The translations under genes and the position numbers were made by a program. From an uncultured archaeon (lineage in GTDB: Archaea; Asgardarchaeota; Heimdallarchaeia; Heimdallarchaeales; Heimdallarchaeaceae), in the NCBI GenBank assembly GCA_964549075.1, contig CAZJUB010000058.1, forward strand, positions 1 to 16,563: a DNA stretch of 16,563 bases, in the 5' to 3' direction. The notes below the pieces were generated by a model that was given only the letters and a program-made list of their open reading frames with translations, was not told the origin of the DNA and ran no database searches. This document shows, in pieces, positions 1 through 7,343 of this stretch; the first letter of the stretch is position 1, and the number at the start of each line of letters is the position of its first letter.

Positions 1-3
1 TGA

Positions 4-77
4 AGACCCGTAGTCTAGTGGAAGGATACGGGACTCTGGATCCTGAGACAGGCGTTCAAATCGCCTCGGGTCTACCA
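4..77 (+). tRNA. tRNA-Gln (anticodon CTG)
   Basis: Cloverleaf: acceptor AGACCCG/CGGGTCT, D-stem GTCT/GGAT, anticodon stem CGGGA/TCCTG around loop CT-CTG-GA, T-arm AGGCG-TTCAAAT-CGCCT, discriminator A, encoded CCA. A1-U72 is the archaeal tRNA-Gln hallmark. Confidence 0.97.
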
Positions 78-80
78 TTT

Positions 81-557
81 TTAACATTTTAAACATAGAT
101 TCTTTTTGTGGATGGTTTTTTCATTACAATTATTACACAGTTTTACTTGTAGCTCTTCTAGTTGATATTTGCTCAGTTTATCCATTAAATCCTCTTTTGA
201 TACATATTCGATAAGAACAACATGAGGTCCACCTTCGACCATCCTTGATAAAGGTCTATTTTTTTTATCAATCAAACCTATGACAGGGATATCATAGATA
301 TAAGCATACATGATTTCCATTCCTACTCCATGAGATGGTTCATTTACATCTGCTATAATAATATTAGATTGTTTAAGCCAATAAATATCTCTTTCAAAAA
401 TTGCTTTAGATGTGGCATCATCCATCTTTCCTGGAACAAAAGGCAGGAAATTCTGATCCTTAACAAAATCGATTAATAAATTTAATAACGAGAAGTCAAG
501 CTGTTTAGCTTTTATCATCGAACAAGCGATGTAAATATTCTTACTTCTCTTAGACAT
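81..557 (-). CDS. Nucleoside 2-deoxyribosyltransferase / DNPH1(Rcl)-like N-hydrolase with C-terminal Zn-binding tail
   Basis: Motifs IYIA, IFERDIYWL..SNIIIADV, PSHGVGMEI match the NDT/Rcl family; C-terminal CNNC..H..CLKC. Confidence 0.8.
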   Translation of the reverse strand: MSKRSKNIYIACSMIKAKQLDFSLLNLLIDFVKDQNFLPFVPGKMDDATSKAIFERDIYWLKQSNIIIADVNEPSHGVGMEIMYAYIYDIPVIGLIDKKNRPLSRMVEGGPHVVLIEYVSKEDLMDKLSKYQLEELQVKLCNNCNEKTIHKKNLCLKC

Positions 558-595
558 AAATAGAAGAAAGAAAATAAAACTAAAAAATATTCTGC

Positions 596-2011
596 TTACT
601 CAACGATTTCTTGTTCAGCCATATTTTTTAGTGCGATTAAAGCTTTTAGAGCAATTGTTGTTTCTTCGATATTTCCACCCCATAGTCCTTCTTTATCTTG
701 GACAGCTGCAAGATATAGAGCTGCTTTCTTTAATGATAAAGATTCTGCTGTTTCGCTTGGAATAAGAGAAAGAATAACATATCCTGTAGTACCGATATTT
801 CCACCCCATGAACCTTCTAAAAATTGGTGCCCAATAACTGCTTGGATGAATTGTTGTCTCCTTGGTGGAGCTCTTCGAATATCATGTAAAGCCAACATTA
901 AGCGAGCAAACATCTCTATAGGCGTTTTACCAGTTTGAGAAGTAGAAAATCTTGCATAGCCTCGTTTTATCACAATATCAATTGCTGCAATGAAAAGATT
1001 AGCCATTCTATCTAAAAGTTTGATATTTCCAGTAACATCGCCAACATAACTCATCATTATATGTAATGGAGTTGTTCTAGAGCGTAAATTGGGGGTGAAC
1101 CTGTTCAATTTGTTGATGAAATCCCATTCTGTTTCTTCAATAGTCGAATTGTAAAAGTCTTCTATTTCTTTGATATATGTATCAAAAATGACCGGATTGT
1201 ATAAACTTAAGGTATGAAGAATAAAATAATGCTCATAAGTTGTATCAACTGTTTCAGCTGTTTCTACTATAGCATTCAGACTTTCTAAAGATTTTCTGAG
1301 TTTGAAGGCTTTCTTACCTTCTTCTCTTTGAACTATCCATTCTGTATCTTCATTGTAACTAAGTTTGTAAAATAGCTCAACTACACAAGCTGTTTCATAA
1401 ACAGGACTAAGGTCACCCCAAAGACCATCTTCGTTTACTCTTTTCTTTAAAGCATTAATACCTTTATTGATAGTTTTATCAAGATTTAAATCAGATAATC
1501 GCTTACTTTTCAAATCCTTTTCTAAAAGTGAAAACTGATATTCTAAACCAAAAGAATCAGATCTATCTGCTCTAGGAATTGAAAATAGAAAATATGCTAT
1601 TTCTATTATATTGAGAAGGAAGAAAAGAACTATTAATGCGATTGTTTGAGGATGGATTTTTCCATCTACTGTTGTGTATAATCCTGGAATAGCTGCATAG
1701 AGTACTATAACAATTAATGATAAGATTCCCATAATTGCAAGAACTTTGTTTGAATTTTCACCGAAAATATCCATTCGATAATGATTCTCGATGTAACTCA
1801 AGATAAGAACTATCTCAAAAAACAAACCAATTGGAAAGAAAATGTACTTTCCAGTTGAACCTATTGGTGCAATTGAAATTGCAAATATGTATACCAGTGT
1901 GATGGCAAAAATAGTGATACTAAAAACAATAGTCTCTACTAGTCTTCTGAACCCAATTTGCTGACCAAACTTTAGAACCCTCGAATATATTTTGTAAGTC
2001 TCTTGAGTCAT
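596..2011 (-). CDS. Membrane-anchored prenyltransferase/squalene-oxidase-repeat (alpha/alpha toroid) protein
   Basis: Four hydrophobic N-terminal helices, then QW-like repeats VNEDGLWG, HQFLEGSWGG, QDKEGLWGG each followed by an amphipathic helix. ATG at 2011 preferred over TTG at 2014. Confidence 0.7.
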   Translation of the reverse strand: MTQETYKIYSRVLKFGQQIGFRRLVETIVFSITIFAITLVYIFAISIAPIGSTGKYIFFPIGLFFEIVLILSYIENHYRMDIFGENSNKVLAIMGILSLIVIVLYAAIPGLYTTVDGKIHPQTIALIVLFFLLNIIEIAYFLFSIPRADRSDSFGLEYQFSLLEKDLKSKRLSDLNLDKTINKGINALKKRVNEDGLWGDLSPVYETACVVELFYKLSYNEDTEWIVQREEGKKAFKLRKSLESLNAIVETAETVDTTYEHYFILHTLSLYNPVIFDTYIKEIEDFYNSTIEETEWDFINKLNRFTPNLRSRTTPLHIMMSYVGDVTGNIKLLDRMANLFIAAIDIVIKRGYARFSTSQTGKTPIEMFARLMLALHDIRRAPPRRQQFIQAVIGHQFLEGSWGGNIGTTGYVILSLIPSETAESLSLKKAALYLAAVQDKEGLWGGNIEETTIALKALIALKNMAEQEIVE

Positions 2012-2083
2012 CAAGATAAAATAAATGGTACATTATTCTTAAATCTTCTCTCAATAACAGTTAGAGATAAACTTAGGTGAAAT

Positions 2084-2425
2084 TTATGCTAAGACGATTG
2101 CTAAGATAATAATTATGATTGCAATAGCTGTAATTCCACCCATTATCCATGCCCATTCTTTGAAAATATTTCCAGCTTCTTCTGGTTTTTCTCTCTTCTT
2201 CATACGTAGAGCAGCTGCAACCCCTCCAACTGCAAGAGGATATAGGAGGAACACAATATTGACAGCATTAAATCTTGCACTCAGAAATACTGAAACTAGT
2301 GAAATTAAGAAAATTACTACACCAACGATGGAAATTAAATCTAGTATCTTATCTCCGAAATCTATTTTACCATATTCTTCCTTTACTGAAGAAATAGTCT
2401 TTCCGATATTTTCTCTGATACTCAT
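2084..2425 (-). CDS. Hypothetical 3-TM membrane protein
   Basis: 113-aa ORF with three hydrophobic segments, co-oriented with neighbours, GTGA SD-like element upstream of the ATG. Confidence 0.75.
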   Translation of the reverse strand: MSIRENIGKTISSVKEEYGKIDFGDKILDLISIVGVVIFLISLVSVFLSARFNAVNIVFLLYPLAVGGVAAALRMKKREKPEEAGNIFKEWAWIMGGITAIAIIIIILAIVLA

Positions 2426-2499
2426 GGGTATTCACTTTTTTGTATCTCTCGATTTAAAGACAGACAATCTATTTATAAAGAATTTTGTCATGTAGTAGG

Positions 2500-2871
2500 C
2501 TACTCGACATTCTCAATTTTTACTCCAGCTGATGTTTTCAGGTTTTCAAACGTTTTCAGGTTTTTTGTAACTGAACCTATAACTGCCATCTTTGAATCGA
2601 AGTTTTGATCAGCTAATAGTATAATAATTGCTTTAGCTTGTGAATCATAAGCAATTTCACCTTTTTTACCAAATTCTCGGGGTTTTTCGATGGCATAAAG
2701 AACTTCTGTAGGAATAACAAACATATCTCCTCGCTTTAAACCTCGAGAAGTAATAGGTAAACTTCTGTTGATTATCTCGGTGAGATGCGGACCTTTGATT
2801 CTGACTAATTCTCCTTCTACATCCTCCATTCCTGGAATGGTGAACTTGATTTTATAAACGTCTCCAATCAT
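2500..2871 (-). CDS. Cyclophilin-like fold protein (TM1367/DUF369-like)
   Basis: Pattern P.L...I...LPI.S, KGEIAYD...KAIIILL, VIGSV..NL..F resembles archaeal cyclophilin-like proteins. Confidence 0.6.
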   Translation of the reverse strand: MIGDVYKIKFTIPGMEDVEGELVRIKGPHLTEIINRSLPITSRGLKRGDMFVIPTEVLYAIEKPREFGKKGEIAYDSQAKAIIILLADQNFDSKMAVIGSVTKNLKTFENLKTSAGVKIENVE

Positions 2872-2997
2872 AATAAAATCCGTGATTCTTCACCCATATT
2901 TATATTGTTCTGTATGTTATCTTTTTGAAACAGAATCTATATTAGAGAAGAGGTGAAATGTATATTAGTTTCTACTAAATTTGTAGGAGAGTAGCTT

Positions 2998-3198
2998 ATG
3001 AGTCGCTATATCACACCCAAAGTAGACGTAAAAGAGCTTCTATTGGTTTCTGAAGAAGAATCAGATATAAAATGTGGAAAATGCAACAAACCGATGATGT
3101 TCACTATTTATTATAAAGATAAAGAATCATATGATTTTCTTGTATGTAAAGACTGCGAAATTTACATGCAAAGAGTAATTGTTGAAGACGATTTCTAG
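2998..3198 (+). CDS. Small zinc-ribbon protein
   Basis: 66 aa with CGKC and CKDC pairs; AGGAG SD and an AT-rich TATA-like element upstream. Confidence 0.75.
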   Translation: MSRYITPKVDVKELLLVSEEESDIKCGKCNKPMMFTIYYKDKESYDFLVCKDCEIYMQRVIVEDDF

Positions 3199-3265
3199 AA
3201 TAATATAGTATTTTTCATCTATCGAAAGTAAACTTAAAAAAGACTATAGGGATTTTAATAAAAAT

Positions 3266-3341
3266 AGCTCCATCGTCTAGTGGCCAAGGATACAGTGATG
3301 TTCTCACTGTGACGGATGTTCGAATCATCCTGGAGCTACCA
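3266..3341 (+). tRNA. Non-canonical tRNA: tRNA-Gln/Glu-like body, GTT at positions 34-36, C37
   Basis: AGCTCCA/TGGAGCT acceptor (A1-U72), GTCT/GGAT D-stem, CAGTG/CACTG anticodon stem around loop ATGTTCT, 4-nt variable loop TGAC, GGATG-TTCGAAT-CATCC T-arm, A73 plus CCA. TATA-like TTAAAAAA about 30 nt upstream. Confidence is for the tRNA fold; amino-acid identity is uncertain. Confidence 0.88.
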
Positions 3342-3342
3342 A

Positions 3343-3356
3343 TTTTCTTTTCTTTT
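3343..3356 (+). terminator. T-rich archaeal terminator after the tRNA
   Basis: TTTTCTTTTCTTTT directly after CCA. Confidence 0.55.
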
Positions 3357-3402
3357 ATGGTATAATTTCTCTCTTTCTTTCAAACACTACTCGTGCGATA
3401 TC

Positions 3403-3426
3403 TTTATTAATTCTTATTAGAATTAA
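3403..3426 (+). promoter_or_regulatory. TATA box overlapped by a perfect palindrome (putative operator)
   Basis: TTTATTAA at 3403-3410; TTAATTCT-N4-AGAATTAA at 3407-3426. Confidence 0.5.
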
Positions 3427-3440
3427 AAATTACACAAAAT

Positions 3441-3628
3441 GGAGGTGTCATAGACAAAATGAATGCAAGAAGAAATATCACTATAGAACCATTTGTTTGC
3501 ATCCTAAGACATACTATGACATCTCAGGAAAGGTTCTAACCTTCTCCCTTTTGCAACTTTTTTACCTAAGAAATCTCTACAGCAAATGATTCTCTTTTTG
3601 TCTTGACTCTCTATGTGGATGTGATATT
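3441..3628 (+). promoter_or_regulatory. Structured attenuator-like 5' leader of the RIO kinase gene
   Basis: 12-bp stem 3442-3453/3514-3525 (one G-U), inner stem ATGCAA/TTGCAT, hairpin 3527-3547 followed by U-tracts, competing helix TAGAACC 3484-3490/GGTTCTA 3532-3538. Confidence 0.55.
3459..3539 (+). CDS. Putative 26-aa leader peptide MNARRNITIEPFVCILRHTMTSQERF
   Basis: ATG..TAA frame preceded by GGAGGTG (3441-3447) with an 11-nt spacer; too short for the ORF track. Confidence 0.45.
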   Translation: MNARRNITIEPFVCILRHTMTSQERF

Positions 3629-3631
3629 AAA

Positions 3632-4420
3632 GTGCTAAACAAAGAATATTTAGAAAGAAGAGATGGAGCTGGTGTTGAGGAGATCTCTACATCAGAATCT
3701 ATAGCTGAGGCTATAGAAAACGGTTTAATAGCTGAAGCTCGTCAGATAATAGGACAAGGTAAAGAAGCATTTGTTTGTTGGGGTACAGACAATCAAAATC
3801 GCATGGTTGCTGTTAAAACATACAAACTTTTCAAAACCACACATAGAGATGTCATTCACGGTACTTACCGAACTAATCCCTATGTGATTGTTTCCCAATT
3901 TGCTAAACTTGAATATTATAAAAACCTCGACTTATTTCAAGCTAAACTTCCCGTTCCTGAACCTTACAAATATGCTGGTTTCAGTTATTCTATGCAACTG
4001 ATAGGTGATGAAGAAGGTCCTGCACCTTTATTAAGAGATGTAAGTAAGAGCTTTTTTGATGATCCTGCAGATATCCTAGAAGAGTGTATCGATATCTTAT
4101 ATGATATGTTCCAAGCTCATTTTGTTCATGGAGATTTTAGTGAACATAATCTGCTATGGTATGATGAAAAAATACATGTTATCGATTTTCTTCAGACCAA
4201 GCACTTTGCGTTGAAAGATGCTGTTCCTTATGGTTCATCGTTAATTCCACTATCTAGAGCATATAGGATTTTGAAAAAAGATCTCAACTCTCTTCTCCCT
4301 TTCTTCAAGAGGCTATTCAGAATTGAAGTCAACTATGATGAAGTTCTGGAGTATATTTTAGGAGATATAAAAAATAAAATTGATAGAGAACTCGAGCTTA
4401 GTTTAGAAACAAGTTCGTAA
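3632..4420 (+). CDS. RIO-family atypical protein kinase/ATPase (Rio1-like, no wHTH domain)
   Basis: IGQGKEAFV P-loop, AVKTY, VPEP, VHGDFSEHNLL catalytic loop, IDFLQ metal-binding loop; GTG start with GGATGTGA SD. Confidence 0.9.
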   Translation: MLNKEYLERRDGAGVEEISTSESIAEAIENGLIAEARQIIGQGKEAFVCWGTDNQNRMVAVKTYKLFKTTHRDVIHGTYRTNPYVIVSQFAKLEYYKNLDLFQAKLPVPEPYKYAGFSYSMQLIGDEEGPAPLLRDVSKSFFDDPADILEECIDILYDMFQAHFVHGDFSEHNLLWYDEKIHVIDFLQTKHFALKDAVPYGSSLIPLSRAYRILKKDLNSLLPFFKRLFRIEVNYDEVLEYILGDIKNKIDRELELSLETSS

Positions 4421-4432
4421 ATTCTCTCTTTT

Positions 4433-5116
4433 TTATTTTAATTCTTTTATTCCTTTAAGAGTGCTTAAACCATAACTATCATCTTGTTCTGTGAATATTG
4501 CTTCTATACGTTCTATTTCGTTTGTAGTTTTTTCTTTCGAAACAATCCTTGTTTTAATCTGAAACTTTAATTTCATCATATCTGCCCATGCAGCTAAACC
4601 CTTGTCTTTTGGTTCTTGTAATGCTATTTTTACCGTCTCTTCAAGTGTTTTAATCGAATCATCTGTGTTTCCTTTAAGAAATTCACCTAGTCCAACCATC
4701 CACATTGACCAAAGCATGGAGGTTTTTTCACCTATTGCTTTTCTTAATTCCAGATCTTTAACAGCTGCTTGATATCCAGGTTCAATGAATTTTTTATCTA
4801 CACCATCATCCATGTTAGGGAAACAAAAAGAAGCAACATTATGATTAAGTTTACCTGCAGTAAGCTTATCTCCTTTATCTAAAGCATATTTGATTGCTAG
4901 ATCAGAATAAGCGAAAATTTCATCCATTGTTGAAATTTGCTTTCCAATGGGAGGCCAGCCTCCTCCAAGTTCTTTAATTTGAATTTGAACGCTAACAATT
5001 GTTTTGAGTGTTTCAGTTTCATCATCAAAAAGATTGCTGATAAAAGGAATGATTTCTTCTGATTTATTATTTTTATAACATTCAAGGAATTTTTTTGCAA
5101 TTTCTTTAGGTTCCAT
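4433..5116 (-). CDS. Hypothetical alpha-helical (TPR-like) protein
   Basis: Long ORF with helical-repeat character (LNHNVASF, WSMWMVGLGEFLKGNTDDSIKTLEE). ATG at 5116 follows the TTGATAAAA motif. Confidence 0.65.
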   Translation of the reverse strand: MEPKEIAKKFLECYKNNKSEEIIPFISNLFDDETETLKTIVSVQIQIKELGGGWPPIGKQISTMDEIFAYSDLAIKYALDKGDKLTAGKLNHNVASFCFPNMDDGVDKKFIEPGYQAAVKDLELRKAIGEKTSMLWSMWMVGLGEFLKGNTDDSIKTLEETVKIALQEPKDKGLAAWADMMKLKFQIKTRIVSKEKTTNEIERIEAIFTEQDDSYGLSTLKGIKELK

Positions 5117-5173
5117 TTTTATCAATAAAAGAATCGAAATTCAGTTTATAATAGTTTAAGTAAGGACAAATTT

Positions 5174-5992
5174 CTAACCTAAAGCGAAATAATAGATTAA
5201 GAACAAGATGTTGCCTAGAAAAAGATTTAGAATATATCCAAACAACAGAAACACAACACCAGGAGGTAAAACTTTCACCCATATTTGCTTTCTTCCTGTT
5301 TCTTTTATGTTCTCCTCTACTTCTTTCTTAAATTCCTCCTCTTCTTCAACTTCAGTTACTTGGATAAAATGTTTGATATTCCATTCTTTTCTCTTATTAT
5401 CATAAACTTCAGAATAAACTATATCATGTCTGTTTACTGCTTTTTCAGTTTGAATCAAGTAGCCTGATATCATCATCAAAATTTTGCTAGCAAAGTTGGC
5501 ATTAGTATTTTCAAAGAGTTTCTTTCCCTTTGTTTTGAGAAAAATATTATAGAAAAGTAAAGGTAGAGGATAGAATATCACCATCACAAGTAACCAGTTA
5601 AAGAAAGTATTGAAAATTGGAGGAATGAAGGTATATACACCTTGTGTTAAGAAATTCCAATTGAAAATGTAGATGGGAGTATTAAAAGATAAAGCCATGA
5701 TCGCTTTTGCATCTGCCCCTCCCATAATCCCTGTATAGTAAAGTAATAATCCTAAAACAATGCCAACTCCAATATTTACTCCATACATTATTCCAACTTG
5801 TCTTGGATTTTCAGAATAAATTATTAGGAAAATAGATGTAATAGCACCAGTCGAAGCTATAACAATCCACGGTATATCAGAAATCTCTCTTTTTAATAAA
5901 TCAAAAACTGAACCAAAAATTAGACAAATTACTACCGCTGCAACTTGAATATAAAACATAACATGGAATACTATTGGTGAAGGTACGACCAT
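5174..5992 (-). CDS. A24-family prepilin/prearchaellin peptidase (FlaK/PibD-like)
   Basis: Multi-TM protein with catalytic aspartates in SVFDLLKREISD and MGGADAK (GxGD-type), C-terminal IWV...P...FL segment. Confidence 0.88.
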   Translation of the reverse strand: MVVPSPIVFHVMFYIQVAAVVICLIFGSVFDLLKREISDIPWIVIASTGAITSIFLIIYSENPRQVGIMYGVNIGVGIVLGLLLYYTGIMGGADAKAIMALSFNTPIYIFNWNFLTQGVYTFIPPIFNTFFNWLLVMVIFYPLPLLFYNIFLKTKGKKLFENTNANFASKILMMISGYLIQTEKAVNRHDIVYSEVYDNKRKEWNIKHFIQVTEVEEEEEFKKEVEENIKETGRKQIWVKVLPPGVVFLLFGYILNLFLGNILFLIYYFALG

Positions 5993-6110
5993 TTTAATAC
6001 ACTAATTTGGTGATTAAAGCATTATAAAAATGATTTGTGTGTGTCATTAAAAAAACTGAAATAAACTTAAAACTAATTAATCCGAGTATCGTTTTATAAG
6101 ATGATAATAG

Positions 6111-6899
6111 ATGACTGAACTAAACTTTGAACCTTTACCCACTGATTCATTACTTGAGCTTACAAAACGACTGAATTCTGCAGTTGGAGACAAAATGATT
6201 ATCTTAGCTGGGAGATGTACAGCTGAATTCGATGGTAGAATAAAGTCATCCTTAGATATAGGTGATAGGTTGCTTATAATTAAAAAAGATCTTTCTATTA
6301 TAATGCATGGCCCTATAGGTGTCAAACCTTTAAATTGGCAAAAGCCAAACGCTGGACCCATTAATTTCAATTCAAATCATGATTCTCTGGAGATGATAAC
6401 TCGAAGAACTAAAACCAAAGAACTACTTACAATTGTATTCACAAACCTTTCTTCTGTTTCTCTATGGCATGCAACTGATGTATCAGAAATGATTATTTAT
6501 GGAGATGAGAGTGATTTAGTAAAATATCTTGTTTCTTCACCTGATTTGATAGAAGAAGGATTTCAAGTTTTAAGAACAGAATATAATACAGATGTTGGTC
6601 CAGTTGATATAAGAGGTATTGGTAAATCAGGAGAAATAATTGTTGAAGTAAAAAAGAGAAATGCAACTCCAGCTGATGCATATCAATTAAAACGATATAT
6701 AGAGTATTTTGAGGAAAAGGAGAAAAAAGATGTTATAGGAATGCTGGTAGCACCTGATTTCCCAGAAAAAGTGCTTCAGTATCTAAATGAAAACGATTTA
6801 GTAGCAAAGAAAATTCATTGGAAAGATGTTTTTCCAACTTTACAACGCCCAAAAAGTGCACTACTAGAAGAATTTTTTGAAGAAAAAAAAGAAAAATAG
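6111..6899 (+). CDS. nucS: Endonuclease NucS/EndoMS
   Basis: FDGRIKS.L..GDRLLIIKKD.S..MH..G.KPLNWQ N-terminal domain; G.E.DL, GPVDI, IVEVK, QLKRY nuclease motifs; PIP-box-like C-terminal ..LLEEFF. Confidence 0.95.
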   Translation: MTELNFEPLPTDSLLELTKRLNSAVGDKMIILAGRCTAEFDGRIKSSLDIGDRLLIIKKDLSIIMHGPIGVKPLNWQKPNAGPINFNSNHDSLEMITRRTKTKELLTIVFTNLSSVSLWHATDVSEMIIYGDESDLVKYLVSSPDLIEEGFQVLRTEYNTDVGPVDIRGIGKSGEIIVEVKKRNATPADAYQLKRYIEYFEEKEKKDVIGMLVAPDFPEKVLQYLNENDLVAKKIHWKDVFPTLQRPKSALLEEFFEEKKEK

Positions 6900-6907
6900 T
6901 AATTAAA

Positions 6908-7225
6908 TTATTGAATCTGACCGCATGGCTCTTCTGGGATAATAATCCACATAATGATATAAGCCCAGAAAGTAGCTGAACCAGTAAATAAGAAACTTAT
7001 TACAGTTAATGCTCTAACCAAATTCAAATCTAAATTAGTGTATTTTGCTATACCAGAACATACACCTGCAACCATCCGGTTATCTGTACAACGCACAAAT
7101 TTCTGAGTTTGTTCATTAATTACCAACTGTTGAGGTTGAGCTTTAGCTTCACCTATATTTCTACCACATTTTCCACAAAACATGGCATCATCTGGATTTT
7201 CTGTTCCGCACTGTGGACATTTCAT
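6908..7225 (-). CDS. Zinc-ribbon + PspC domain membrane protein
   Basis: CPQCG..N..DAMFCGKCG ribbon followed by the PspC signature R..DNRMVAGVCSGIAKY..LD..LVR...AYIIMWIIIPEE. Confidence 0.88.
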   Translation of the reverse strand: MKCPQCGTENPDDAMFCGKCGRNIGEAKAQPQQLVINEQTQKFVRCTDNRMVAGVCSGIAKYTNLDLNLVRALTVISFLFTGSATFWAYIIMWIIIPEEPCGQIQ

Positions 7226-7343
7226 TTTTATCAAGAAATAGTTTTACTTCCACTATTTAAAATATATGCATTCAAAGGCTAAGACTAGTCTGTTATAGTT
7301 CTGCAAGAATAATTTATATATAACTATTCTATCTCAAAACATT

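Noticed and set aside
81-95. C-terminal CLKC as a prenylation signal for the neighbouring prenyltransferase-repeat protein
   Set aside because: Better explained as the second CxxC of a Zn site; Lys at a2 is unfavourable for CaaX.
2115-2495. 126-aa plus-strand ORF
   Set aside because: Antisense shadow of the 3-TM gene with no motif. The same applies to the overlapping track ORFs at 4897, 5208, 5285, 6077, 6493, 11166, 11501, 11782, 13041 and 14077.
3293-3310. Intron or split-tRNA explanation for the odd anticodon loop
   Set aside because: The loop is exactly 7 nt, with no extra sequence or bulge-helix-bulge motif.
4-3341. Integrated element flanked by two co-oriented tRNA-Gln-like sequences
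   Set aside because: Both tRNAs are full length with different stems rather than an att duplication, and there is no integrase or mobile cargo.
3441-3628. T-box riboswitch sensing the adjacent tRNA
   Set aside because: No UGGU bulge complementary to ACCA in the leader and no recognisable T-box stem I motifs.
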